Positions 51,340-61,283 of a stretch of DNA of 64,000 bases are shown piece after piece (positions within the stretch are counted from its first letter, which is position 1; every line of letters starts with the position of its first letter). The notes below the pieces were generated by a model. The model ran no database searches. It was given only the letters and a program-made list of their open reading frames with translations, and had not been told where the DNA came from. Position numbers and translations under genes: made by a program. The DNA lies in the NCBI GenBank assembly GCA_007693605.1, contig REDG01000045.1, positions 2,043-66,042 of the forward strand, in the 5' to 3' direction. Source of the DNA: Bradymonadales bacterium (GTDB taxonomy: Bacteria; Bdellovibrionota; UBA2394).

Positions 51340-52276
51340 GGGACGATCTTCTCTCATCGAAGTCTTCTGGCAGCACAAGCTCAGGGTCTTGCCGCATTTC
51401 TTCTGGTAACTCCAAAAGTTCTAGGATCTCTTTTTCAAAGATTCTGATCTCTCGGCCTTGCCTTGCATCCGACAAGATTTGATTTAACCTCTGAGATTTG
51501 GTTCGGCGAGTTAGTTCCCGACGAATGGCATCTTCATGAAACTCCAAACCTCTTCGGTCGCCAGAAAGCTGAATGATGTGGTAGCCAAACTCTGTTTGCA
51601 CCACTTCTGACACATCCCCTATCTCTTTCAAGGCAAAGGCCGCCCTCGCAAAGGGGGCGACCATCGTGGCACGAACAAAAAAACCAAGCTCTCCACCTCC
51701 CCGCGCCGTCGCGTCTTGAGAGTATTGCCTTGCCAATTCCTGAAAGCGTTCGGGTGCATTTCTTGCGATTTCTCTCCAGCCCTCTAGGCGACGAATCATT
51801 TCAAGCCTTTCCTCTCTCGTCGTCTGAGGCGTCACTCTCAAAAGAATATGTCGAGCTGAAATCTCGTCGTATTTGTCTCGGTTTTCTCGATAGTGTCGAT
51901 CAATCATGTACTCGTCAATTCGTGCCGCCTCTTTCTCTTCTAGACTCTCAATAAAGCTGTCCACCAGCTTCGATTTAAATCGAAAGCTCTCATCAAAACC
52001 CTGTTCGAGGGCGACTTCATACAAAAGTTGAACATTAATCAGCTGCTCAAGTAGTTCCTTCTTTTGCTGGAAAGTCTGAATCACTTTAGGCGTTTTCGCC
52101 TCAATCTCTTCGACCAGCTGCTGCAAGTCGCTTTCTGTTACTTCGAACTCATCAAGCTTTGCGAGGACCGTCCCGCTTGGGCGCACCGGCGCTGGTGGGG
52201 GCTGAGTTTGGCAGGCACCCACAATTAGAAGGGACAATAACAGGAGGCCAAAATTTCTCACGGCCTCATTATGCAA
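51329..52276 (-). CDS. parvulin-type peptidyl-prolyl cis-trans isomerase lipoprotein
   Basis: Signal plus lipobox (LIVGAC). Parvulin domain (SARHILLRV...TEFGYHIIQL). Confidence 0.75.
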   Translation of the reverse strand: MHNEAVRNFGLLLLSLLIVGACQTQPPPAPVRPSGTVLAKLDEFEVTESDLQQLVEEIEAKTPKVIQTFQQKKELLEQLINVQLLYEVALEQGFDESFRFKSKLVDSFIESLEEKEAARIDEYMIDRHYRENRDKYDEISARHILLRVTPQTTREERLEMIRRLEGWREIARNAPERFQELARQYSQDATARGGGELGFFVRATMVAPFARAAFALKEIGDVSEVVQTEFGYHIIQLSGDRRGLEFHEDAIRRELTRRTKSQRLNQILSDARQGREIRIFEKEILELLELPEEMRQDPELVLPEDFDERRSSHED

Positions 52277-52280
52277 AACT

Positions 52281-55200
52281 TTAGGTCTTTTGACAAAGAT
52301 CGATTGTCTGACTTAGATCCTTCATGAAGCGATGCAGGGTCTTGAAATCTTCTGCCTCTTCTTTGCCTGTTTTGGCGGGTCCATCAAGTGCCGACGCAAA
52401 GCTGTAGACCAGCCGACCCTTGCTATCAAATCGAAGCCCCTCCTTAAAACGCGAGAGTAGTTTCTGAGGGTCTAGCGGGGTATCTGGATGGAAGGACATG
52501 ATCAGGCGTCCCGGTGAACAGTCCAGACTTTCTGCCTTTAGGTTGTGAGCCATGCAACGAAGCTGGGTCAAATGACAAAGGTTCTCCAACTCTCTAGGAT
52601 AGAGCCCAAAGCGATCCAATAGCTCTGACTCAAACTCTGTTAGCTCCGGGAGGTTTTCAATTTGATTTAAGCGTCGGTACGAAGAAACCCTCAGGCTTGG
52701 ATCGGGAATGTAGTGGTCTGGGATATAGGCCGTGTATGAGAAATTCATTTCTGGGAGGCTGGCTGAGCCAGACCTTCCCTCTCGAATTTCATTTAGGCTT
52801 TCCTCAAGCATCTGATTGTAAAGCTCGAGGCCGATCTCGGCAATTACGCCCGACTGTTCTTCGCCCAACAGGTTGCCTGAGCCTCGGATCTCAAGATCAT
52901 GAGTGGCCACCCTGAATCCACTTCCCAAGGCTGTGCAGCTCTGAATGACATGAAGGCGCTTTGAGGCCTCTTCAGTGAGAGGAGTTTCTTCGTGAACAAG
53001 AAAGTAAGCATAAGCTTTGCGATCGGATCGACCGACTCGCCCTCTGATCTGATAGAGATCGCTCAGACCAAACATTTCAGCATGATCGACAAAGAGAGTG
53101 TTGACATTAGGGATGTCGATGCCGTTCTCAATGATGCTTGTTGCGACGAGCATATCAAAATCTCTGTTGATAAATCTCATCATCTTTGATTCTAACTCGT
53201 CCTCTGGCATCTGCCCGTGCGCGAATTCAATCTTCAATTCTGGCAATAACTTTCTTAATCGGTCTGTCAGTCCCTCAATTGACTTCACTCGATTGTGAAC
53301 AAAGAATATCTGGCCCCCACGAGTGAACTCCTTCAAGGCAGCCGTCCTGATAAGTGAATCGTCGTAGAAGCCCACCGAGGTGGCCACTTCTTCTCGAGAC
53401 TCCGGCGGCGTCACAATAAGCGACAAATCTCTGATCCCAGCAATCGACATTTGAAGAGTTCTTGGAATTGGCGTTGCCGACAGGCTAAGAACATCAAGAT
53501 CTCTCTTTAACTTTTTGATTCGTTCTTTGTGTTTCACGCCGAATCGCTGTTCTTCATCGACCACCAAAAGGCCGAGATTTGCAAATTGGATATCCCGCTG
53601 AAGAAGTCGGTGGGTTCCAATCACGATAGCAAGATCTCCGCTCTGAAGCGCTTGAATGCTCTGTTTCTGTTCAGCACTAGAAGCAAACCGAGACAGTCGC
53701 TCCACCCGAATTCCGAAGCGACCAAATCTCTTTTTAAAATCCTGATAGTGCTGCTCTACCAGCAAGGTGGTGGGGGCCAGAACCGCCACCTGTGTTTTTT
53801 GAAGGAGCCGAAACATAATGGCTCTGAGGGCGACCTCAGTCTTTCCGAAGCCCACATCGCCGCAGACCAATCGATCCATTGGATGGGGCTGAGTCAGATC
53901 TTTCTCTATCGCGCGAATGGCAGAATCTTGGTCGGCCGTCAGTTCGTAGGGGAAGGACTGACAGAACTCTTCATAGAGACTCTCATCAATGGGGGGTCGA
54001 GTGAAAGAGATAAGTTTTCGGTGCGCAGCGATTTCAATTAGTTGGTGAGCAATACGAAGAATGTCTTCTTTCGCTCGATTCTTCTTTCTAAGAAAAGACT
54101 GGCTGCCAAGGCGATCAAGTTTCGGTTCCGCATAGCCGTCTCCTCTGACGAACCTAGAAATCTGATGGAGGCGGTAAATCGGCAGGTAAAGCTTGTCGCC
54201 GTCGAAATACTCGATTTGAGCAAACTCACTCTTTGCCTGTGAAACTTCTAATGTCACCAAGCCTTGATATCGACCGAGACCATGTTCTTCATGAACGACA
54301 AAATCGCCCGCCTTCAGGTCTGAAAACTCTCTCAAAAAATCTGAAGCCTTTATCTCCGATCGTCCCTTTGCGGACTTTCGGCTCTGACCAAAAAGATCTC
54401 GTTCGGTGAAGACAGCCACCCCGAGGCTCTGCGACTGAAAACCAAGAAAGGGGGGGCCGTTCTGCCATGAGACAATCTCATTGAGTTCGTCGAGTGCTTC
54501 TTGAAGGGCTTCCTTTCGTTTCGGGTGATTCACGACTAGATGAACCTCGGTTTGATTGTCCTTAAGTCGGCCAACTTCTTCGATCAAGGGTCGAAAGCTC
54601 TTCGACCGAATGAGCTGGCTTCTAAGGCTCTCATGTTGAAGGACATCATGAATCTCAGTGCCGGCCTTTATTCGGCTGTAGACCGCATAAGCCGTTGAGC
54701 AAGCCTCCTGCGTGTTCTGCAAAAGCTCAATGGGATAGTGAAAAGCCTTGGAGTCTTTGGCGGATCTCTCTTCTTCTTTCAATAGCTCTTCACACTGCGC
54801 TTGACTCTCTTCCGGATCAATCTCAACAAACTCAGTTTGTGGATCGAGATATTCCACTAGGCTAACGAGCCCTTGTTTCATAGCGGGCAAGAAGAGCCTT
54901 GTATTGATAAAATCTCGTTGTCTTTGAATTTTCCAGACGGTTTCTTCCCTTTCATCTCTAGAGATTCCTCTAAGGTCGCCAAGCAGTTTAAGTTCTCGAA
55001 AAATTTCGTCTTGAGTGGAAACAGAAAAGGCAAACTCTCGACAGGGATGCAAATAGATTTCATCCCACTCCTTCAAAGATCTTTGAGTCAGGGGGTCAAA
55101 GCTGCGAATCGAGACAATCTCGTCACCAAAAAACTCTAGTCGATAGGGCGTGTCGGAAATCGGGTCAAAAACATCGATGAGATGCCCTCGAACCGAGAAG

Positions 55201-55640
55201 AAGCCCTGATCTTGAACGGTGGTGTCTTCAACGAAGCCAGCGCCTCGCAAATATTGAAGAAAAGTAGGCCTCTCGAGCCAGTCTGATTTCTTTAGCTTTA
55301 GTCTCAGGCTCTCCAAAAACTGTGGCCTCAATACGGACTGTTTGAGCGCAAATCGATTGGTGACCAGAAAGAAATTTTGGTGGCGAGACTCGGCCAGAGA
55401 AAATTGAGCCCTCAGCCTTTCGATTTGATGACTGGGCTCGGGTCGAACGGGATCGAAACTCTGCTCAAAGTGGGGAAAGTAATAGACGGGCCGATCTCCT
55501 GCAAAATGCCTCAAAGCCTGCAGCCAGGGCCGAAGCTCAAAAACCGGAGGCAGCAAAATGACGGCTCGATTGAACTTCTGACTGATAAAATAAGCCGACG
55601 AACTTCCGATGAGGCCGCTGGGAGCAGAAATTTGGCTCAT
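52281..55640 (-). CDS. mfd: transcription-repair coupling factor
   Basis: 1119 aa with a UvrB-homology N-terminus, an RNAP-interaction domain, DEAD/DEAH helicase motifs (GDVGFGKTEVA, DEEQRFG) and the TRCF C-terminus. Confidence 0.95.
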   Translation of the reverse strand: MSQISAPSGLIGSSSAYFISQKFNRAVILLPPVFELRPWLQALRHFAGDRPVYYFPHFEQSFDPVRPEPSHQIERLRAQFSLAESRHQNFFLVTNRFALKQSVLRPQFLESLRLKLKKSDWLERPTFLQYLRGAGFVEDTTVQDQGFFSVRGHLIDVFDPISDTPYRLEFFGDEIVSIRSFDPLTQRSLKEWDEIYLHPCREFAFSVSTQDEIFRELKLLGDLRGISRDEREETVWKIQRQRDFINTRLFLPAMKQGLVSLVEYLDPQTEFVEIDPEESQAQCEELLKEEERSAKDSKAFHYPIELLQNTQEACSTAYAVYSRIKAGTEIHDVLQHESLRSQLIRSKSFRPLIEEVGRLKDNQTEVHLVVNHPKRKEALQEALDELNEIVSWQNGPPFLGFQSQSLGVAVFTERDLFGQSRKSAKGRSEIKASDFLREFSDLKAGDFVVHEEHGLGRYQGLVTLEVSQAKSEFAQIEYFDGDKLYLPIYRLHQISRFVRGDGYAEPKLDRLGSQSFLRKKNRAKEDILRIAHQLIEIAAHRKLISFTRPPIDESLYEEFCQSFPYELTADQDSAIRAIEKDLTQPHPMDRLVCGDVGFGKTEVALRAIMFRLLQKTQVAVLAPTTLLVEQHYQDFKKRFGRFGIRVERLSRFASSAEQKQSIQALQSGDLAIVIGTHRLLQRDIQFANLGLLVVDEEQRFGVKHKERIKKLKRDLDVLSLSATPIPRTLQMSIAGIRDLSLIVTPPESREEVATSVGFYDDSLIRTAALKEFTRGGQIFFVHNRVKSIEGLTDRLRKLLPELKIEFAHGQMPEDELESKMMRFINRDFDMLVATSIIENGIDIPNVNTLFVDHAEMFGLSDLYQIRGRVGRSDRKAYAYFLVHEETPLTEEASKRLHVIQSCTALGSGFRVATHDLEIRGSGNLLGEEQSGVIAEIGLELYNQMLEESLNEIREGRSGSASLPEMNFSYTAYIPDHYIPDPSLRVSSYRRLNQIENLPELTEFESELLDRFGLYPRELENLCHLTQLRCMAHNLKAESLDCSPGRLIMSFHPDTPLDPQKLLSRFKEGLRFDSKGRLVYSFASALDGPAKTGKEEAEDFKTLHRFMKDLSQTIDLCQKT

Positions 55641-55647
55641 GAGGCAG

Positions 55648-56799
55648 CTAATTGTAAAGATCGGGTTGAGTAAAGATCGAAAAGCTTACTTTTAGAACCC
55701 ACAGCGCACAAAGATCCACCGCCTTTCGCCAGAGGGCCCGCTTTGAAAACTCCTCTAGCTGGCGGGCCTGAGTCTTGCCTTCGATACTCCGTAGAATCAA
55801 GCGCCGAAGAGCGTCACAATCTTCTTTTCTGTGAAAGACAGCATTCGCCTCCAAATTGAAAAACACGCTCGTCGGATCGAGATTGTGAGACCCAAGGGTC
55901 GCCCATTCTTGATCGATAACGGCCACTTTTTCATGAACGAGATAGTTGTTATGCTCCAAGATTTCTACCCCGTCGCCTAGCAATTGAGCATAAAGGTTTC
56001 GAGAGGCCGCCTTCAGAATCGGAAATTCAGAGATTCCTTGAAGGAGTAGACGAACTCGAACTCCTCTCTTTGCCGCCTTTCGGAGCGCTCGGAGCATGGA
56101 TTGGGGGGGTAGAAAATAGGCATTGGCGATCAGCACTTCTGACTTCGCTCTTTTAATCTTTCGAATGTATTCACGATAAATGTCTCTTCGCCGCAACAAA
56201 TTGTCCCGAACCAAGAATTCAATGTCCTGACTTTCTTTTTTCTTCTTCAGAATTTGATTGATGAAGACCTCGGACTGACCCCGAATCAAATTTCCAAGCC
56301 GTTTGCCGTGCGTGCTCATCAACCACTGGCAGTAGTCGGCCGCCATGCTGGCGATTGGACCATGAATGTGAGCCATATAGTCGTGTTTGTAGAGTTTTTC
56401 CTTCGCTTCTAGATGATCGGCGATGATGTTCATTCCCCCAATGAAGCTCTCTTTACGGTCGATCACGACTAGTTTGGCATGAAGTCGTGGAAAAAGATCA
56501 AAACGGACCCAAGGGAATTTCTTCGGGCGGAAGCGTTCAAAATGAACTCCATCAGAAAAATAGCTGTCAATGAAGCTTTGAGGCATGCGCAGTGACCCGT
56601 GCGCATCGATCATCAGGCGAACTCGAACCCCTCGGTGAGCGGCCCTCTTTAGGGCGGTGGCCACACGAATTCCCACAGAGTCGGCCTCAAAGATATAGGT
56701 CAAAAACAGAACTTCTTCTTGGGCTCGATCGATAGCTTCGATTAGGTCTGAAAAATACTGGTCGCCTCCTTCGATAAATTTGACTTGATGAGTTTTCAT
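55648..56799 (-). CDS. phospholipase D-family protein (ClsB-like cardiolipin synthase)
   Basis: Two HKD motifs (HAKLVVID...GGMNI and HEKVAVID...GSHNLD). No N-terminal TM helices, as in ClsB. Confidence 0.8.
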   Translation of the reverse strand: MKTHQVKFIEGGDQYFSDLIEAIDRAQEEVLFLTYIFEADSVGIRVATALKRAAHRGVRVRLMIDAHGSLRMPQSFIDSYFSDGVHFERFRPKKFPWVRFDLFPRLHAKLVVIDRKESFIGGMNIIADHLEAKEKLYKHDYMAHIHGPIASMAADYCQWLMSTHGKRLGNLIRGQSEVFINQILKKKKESQDIEFLVRDNLLRRRDIYREYIRKIKRAKSEVLIANAYFLPPQSMLRALRKAAKRGVRVRLLLQGISEFPILKAASRNLYAQLLGDGVEILEHNNYLVHEKVAVIDQEWATLGSHNLDPTSVFFNLEANAVFHRKEDCDALRRLILRSIEGKTQARQLEEFSKRALWRKAVDLCALWVLKVSFSIFTQPDLYN

Positions 56800-57575
56800 T
56801 CTCTCTTCGAAGGCCTTTCGAGTTCAAGTTCGGCCCATAGGGCCGCATGATCCGAGAGGGCCCTCCAGGGTTTTCCCTTCAGGACCTCAACCGATCGGGC
56901 CTTAAGGCCTCGGATATATATACGATCGAGCCGCAAGATCGGAAAGAACGATGGAAAGCTTTTCGCGGGGCTGCCGTCGACGGCCTCGAAAGCCTCAACG
57001 AACTGGTGCTCTCTTGGAAAGCTCTGCTGAGCCTTGTTTGACCAGTCGTTGAAATCGCCAGCGAGAATCAAGGCTTCCGTTTCTGCGATGGAACTTGAAA
57101 TATACTCGCTCAACAGTTGGTACTGATGTTTTCGGTCTTTATGAAGAAGGTTTAAATGAACGCAAATGGCGTGAAGTCGTTGCTGTGTGGGCGGCAGAAT
57201 GATTTCACAGTGAAGAAGACCTCTCTGCTCCCAGCGATTTACAGAAAGGCTGACATGCTGAGAATTTAGAATTGGGAACTTTGAAAGAATGGCATTGCCG
57301 TGATGGCCGTGAGGGTAGACCGCATTCTTCGCGTAAGCATAGTCTCGCCAGATTCGATCGGCCAAGAACTCGTACTGAGAGGTCTCTGGCCAGTTGGGAA
57401 GGCGATGAGCTCTTCTTTGATTCTCGCCTTGCACCTCTTGCAGAAAGATGAGATCTGACGAGACCTTGTCGAAAGCCTCTTTCAGTTGATGAAGCACAAA
57501 GTTTCTCTCAAAACTTGAAAATCCCTTATGGATATTCATCGTGATAATGTTCAATTTCAAATTGGAGCGGCTCAT
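56796..57575 (-). CDS. endonuclease/exonuclease/phosphatase (EEP) family protein, YbhP-like
   Basis: EEP-fold motifs (ITMNIHKG...LQEV...GDFND...SDHAALWAEL). Immediately upstream of and overlapping the ClsB-like gene, as ybhP-clsB in E. coli. Confidence 0.7.
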   Translation of the reverse strand: MSRSNLKLNIITMNIHKGFSSFERNFVLHQLKEAFDKVSSDLIFLQEVQGENQRRAHRLPNWPETSQYEFLADRIWRDYAYAKNAVYPHGHHGNAILSKFPILNSQHVSLSVNRWEQRGLLHCEIILPPTQQRLHAICVHLNLLHKDRKHQYQLLSEYISSSIAETEALILAGDFNDWSNKAQQSFPREHQFVEAFEAVDGSPAKSFPSFFPILRLDRIYIRGLKARSVEVLKGKPWRALSDHAALWAELELERPSKRE

Positions 57576-57585
57576 GAGATTAAGA

Positions 57586-58782
57586 CTAGTATAAAAGAAA
57601 TTCTCTTCTTTGTTTTGAAAACTCTTTTTCTTCATCAGCCCATTTTCGAAAAAGATCTTTGAGGGAAGATTGGGCGTCTATTACTTCTCTGAAAGTCGAA
57701 TCTCCAGAAAGGATGTCGATGGCCAGCTTTTCCCTTTCATACTCGTAGGGCTCTCGGTTCCAATCCCAGGCCTGGCCGTAGAGATTTCTAAACACCCAGA
57801 TCAAAACCGCGGCATGTCGCAAGGCCAAGAAGTCCCTTGAATCTGGGACGATTTGAAGCGCGCCATAGCAGAGCTGCCCCTTAAACTTGTGAAAAGTTGG
57901 AACGAAGCCCTGTCGATGAAAGTGAACGGGCTTCAATGACAGTTTTTTACATAGTTCTTGGTAGTGTCTTTCAATCTCGTTCCAGTTAAAGAACGGCGCT
58001 CCAATCAGCTCGAAGGGTCGGGTGGTGCCACGACCTTCAGAGAGACTCGTGCCTTCAAGCAAGCACATCCCCGGATAGAGTCGACAAGCCTCAAAATTGG
58101 GAAGGTTGGGAGAGGGCAAGATCCATGGCCGTTTCCAATCATAAAAACTTTGAGCTCGTCGCCAAGACTGCAGCGGAATGACTTTTAGTTTTAGGGTCTT
58201 GGAGATTCGACTCGCAAAAAATTTCGCAAGTTCTCCGATCGTCATTCCATGGACAACTGGAATCGGAAATCGTCCCACAAAAGATTGGTACTCCAGATCG
58301 AGAATGGGGCCCTCAATCATTCGACCGCCCAAGGGATTAGGCCGATCGCAAACAATCACCTCCACACCCAGATCTGCACAAACCTCCATCATATAAGAGA
58401 GGCTGTAGATGAAGGTATAGTAGCGAGCCCCAACATCCATCAGATCCACAATGACGGCATGCACTCCCTTCAAGGACTCTCTGGTGGGGATGCGGGTCTT
58501 TCCGTAGAGAGAATAAACAGGGCGACCGTCTGGAAACTCAAAATCCTCCCACTCAATCATATTGTCTTGAGTTTCTCCGAAGATGCCGTGTTGAGGCCCA
58601 AAAAGAGCCTTCACCTTGAGTTTCGGATCGAGAAGATTCAACAAATGTTTAAGCTTCTTGTCGATCGAGGCGGGGTGGCACAAAAGAGCATAGTTTTTCC
58701 CTCTAGACTGCTTAGAGCCGAGAGTTTGAACAATTTTATCAATTCCGAAGCTTGGTGCTTTCATCTTGACCCTGCGAAACAT
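57586..58782 (-). CDS. DUF1343-domain protein (NamZ-like exo-beta-N-acetylmuramidase family)
   Basis: 398 aa. Pattern GIDK...ALLCHPASI...LFGPQHG is typical of DUF1343 proteins. Confidence 0.7.
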   Translation of the reverse strand: MFRRVKMKAPSFGIDKIVQTLGSKQSRGKNYALLCHPASIDKKLKHLLNLLDPKLKVKALFGPQHGIFGETQDNMIEWEDFEFPDGRPVYSLYGKTRIPTRESLKGVHAVIVDLMDVGARYYTFIYSLSYMMEVCADLGVEVIVCDRPNPLGGRMIEGPILDLEYQSFVGRFPIPVVHGMTIGELAKFFASRISKTLKLKVIPLQSWRRAQSFYDWKRPWILPSPNLPNFEACRLYPGMCLLEGTSLSEGRGTTRPFELIGAPFFNWNEIERHYQELCKKLSLKPVHFHRQGFVPTFHKFKGQLCYGALQIVPDSRDFLALRHAAVLIWVFRNLYGQAWDWNREPYEYEREKLAIDILSGDSTFREVIDAQSSLKDLFRKWADEEKEFSKQRREFLLY

Positions 58783-58827
58783 TCTCGCGGAAAATGAAGC
58801 TTAGGGGAATCTTTAAAGGGGGAGGAT

Positions 58828-59658
58828 TTGATAGGCTTTCTGCGCCTGCTTTTATTCACTTTTTGTTGGACGAGCTTCGGAGGGCTAGAGGCCTCGAGTT
58901 CTCAGACGGATCTGTTTTTGCGCAGTCTTCGCTTTAGGGCGCAGCCCTATGCTCTACCCTTCTTTGAATTGGGTCTGGGTTCGACCTCTTATATCTCTTT
59001 TCAAGAGGGGCCGACGGCAAAGTATCGATTGTTTACAAATTCGATGGTTTTGCCGAACAGCCATGCTTTTGACTCACAGTCCCTTCACCCCTTTTATCGA
59101 CAGAATCCCATTCAATTGGGAACTCTCGCCCACGAGTCTTTTCATGCCTTTGTCGCAAACTTTATTCGACGAGATCCGCGATATCATTCAATGAATCGTT
59201 GGATGGAGATTCGATCTCAAAATCTTTATCGAGACTTGGAGCTTTCAAGTTCAAAGAATTTTGTGGCGCTCGAAGAGGCCTATGCTTCATTCATTGATGC
59301 CATATATATGACTGTTCGCAATCTCGAGGCCTATCTAGATCGCGCATCTCGTAGCGATGAGGGCTTCGATTGTTCAATGCTTTTCAGTTTTGTGAATCGA
59401 AGCTGGCAAACCGCCTGGCACCACCCAATTTACGGCTACTACTATAATGACAGTCTGGTCGATAATGCCCGGGCGTTTTGGGCGCGATTCACCGGAAGAG
59501 ACGGGCCCGTGCTTGACGAAGAGCAATTTGTCGAAATCTCTATACAGAGAGCCGATCGAGACTGGATTTCTAGAGAGATCTTTCTCGAAGAAATTTCAGA
59601 AGATCCACTTCAAACTTTTGGCTTTAAGTTTGAGGCAATTGGCTGTCCCATCGAATAA
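58828..59658 (+). CDS. secreted hypothetical protein with HExxH motif
   Basis: 276 aa with a signal peptide. AHESFHAF contains HExxH. No further family assignment possible. Confidence 0.45.
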   Translation: MIGFLRLLLFTFCWTSFGGLEASSSQTDLFLRSLRFRAQPYALPFFELGLGSTSYISFQEGPTAKYRLFTNSMVLPNSHAFDSQSLHPFYRQNPIQLGTLAHESFHAFVANFIRRDPRYHSMNRWMEIRSQNLYRDLELSSSKNFVALEEAYASFIDAIYMTVRNLEAYLDRASRSDEGFDCSMLFSFVNRSWQTAWHHPIYGYYYNDSLVDNARAFWARFTGRDGPVLDEEQFVEISIQRADRDWISREIFLEEISEDPLQTFGFKFEAIGCPIE

Positions 59659-59767
59659 AGCGACTGTCGCCAAACTCTCGATTCGGGGGTGGCGTTCGAG
59701 GCGCATCTGCTTCTCCGCCAACTCCCGCAGTTCAAGTCACTTGAGGAGATTTGTCCTCCACTCATCC

Positions 59768-61213
59768 TCATGACTTTTCAATCTGCTTGATCCAGTCTTG
59801 ATACAAACTGCCATAGCGGTTCGTTTCAGAAGCTTTGGGTTGAAAGCCTCGGTCTTTCTTCCAGAGCGATTCGATTTCTTTTAAACTCAGGAGTCCAATC
59901 GAAAACGCAGCCAGAAGCCCAACTCCGACGGCCGTTGCCTCAAAAGACTTGGGTCGAATGAGAGGTTCGTCTAGGACATCCGATTGAATCTGCATTAACA
60001 AATTGTTTTGAGAGGCGCCGCCGTCCACCCTCCACTCGATGGCCCGATCTCCGGCGTCTTTTCGAATGGCATCAATGAGAGCACGATTCTGAAAGGCCAA
60101 GGCTTCAAGAGAGGCTCTTGCGATATGAGATCGATTCGTTCCACGGGTAAGTCCAACAATCTGACCACGCATCTCTGACTTCCAAAATGGCGCGCCAAGC
60201 CCGGTGAGGGCCGGAATCACCATGACTCCGAGCGAGTCCTTCACCTTCTTTGCAAGCTTCTCCGAATCTTTGCTCGTTGAAAGCAGGCCCAGCTCGTCTC
60301 TCAACCATTGAATCCAAGCGCCACAGATAAAGCTGCTCCCCTCGAGAGCGTAGACCTTCTTTCCATTTTTCCACTGCAGGGCAATCGTCGCAGCGAGTTT
60401 GTGTTCTGAAATCTTTGAGTCGTCTCCTGTGTTCACCAGAATAAATGAACCTGTTCCGAATGTGATTTTGCCAGTCGAGGGCTTCCAAGCGTTTTGACCA
60501 AACAAGGCAGCCTGCTGATCTCCTAGAATCGCCCGAATGGGTATGCCTTTGGGTAAAAATGAAAGCGCTTTTGTTGAAAGTTCAGCGCCTTCAGAGGGAA
60601 CAATCTGAGGAGCAAATTTTTGAGGGATGTCGAACTGATCGAATAGCTCAGCCTCCCACTTTCCAGATTCAAGACCCAGAAGCTGTGTTCGGTGAGCATT
60701 GGTTATCTCTGTTACATCCTCGCCAGTAAGCTGATGAAGCAAAAAGCTATCAATCGTTCGAAACTTGAGATCCCTCTTCTTTGAAAGCTTCAGCTCTCGA
60801 ATGAGCCAAGCGATTTTTGAAGAACTAAAATAGGGGTCCACTGGCAGGCCTGTTTTTTTTAGAATGCTGTCGCCAAATCGACTGCGAATGAGGTCACAAT
60901 CGCGAGAGCTTCGCCGATCTTGCCAGACAATGAAACGATGAAGGGCTTTTCGGCCCTCGAAAAGGCTTACCGTTTCTCGTTGATTCGTGATTCCAATGAC
61001 CTCAATTTTTTCCGCTCTCGCTCGTGCTTTGGTGAGAGCTCCCGAGATGGCATGAGAGAGGCTCTTCATGATCTGATTGGGGTCATGTTCTACCCAGCCC
61101 GCTTTCGGGTAGTGTTGCGTCACAGCACTGGTGAATTTGGATTTGATTTGCCCCTTCTTCGTCATTAAAACGGCTGTTGTTCCGGTTGTGCCTTGATCGA
61201 TTCCTAAAATCAT
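59768..61213 (-). CDS. glpK: glycerol kinase
   Basis: 481 aa FGGY kinase with DQGTTGT, GITNQRET, DPYFS, GDQQAALFGQ and LTGLGAPFW motifs. Confidence 0.85.
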   Translation of the reverse strand: MILGIDQGTTGTTAVLMTKKGQIKSKFTSAVTQHYPKAGWVEHDPNQIMKSLSHAISGALTKARARAEKIEVIGITNQRETVSLFEGRKALHRFIVWQDRRSSRDCDLIRSRFGDSILKKTGLPVDPYFSSSKIAWLIRELKLSKKRDLKFRTIDSFLLHQLTGEDVTEITNAHRTQLLGLESGKWEAELFDQFDIPQKFAPQIVPSEGAELSTKALSFLPKGIPIRAILGDQQAALFGQNAWKPSTGKITFGTGSFILVNTGDDSKISEHKLAATIALQWKNGKKVYALEGSSFICGAWIQWLRDELGLLSTSKDSEKLAKKVKDSLGVMVIPALTGLGAPFWKSEMRGQIVGLTRGTNRSHIARASLEALAFQNRALIDAIRKDAGDRAIEWRVDGGASQNNLLMQIQSDVLDEPLIRPKSFEATAVGVGLLAAFSIGLLSLKEIESLWKKDRGFQPKASETNRYGSLYQDWIKQIEKS

Positions 61214-61283
61214 TTCTCTAGCCTAAAGGAAGGGGGATTCGAGTAAAATGGAATTTTGAGGGGCCTTTGGCGACACCCCTTGA

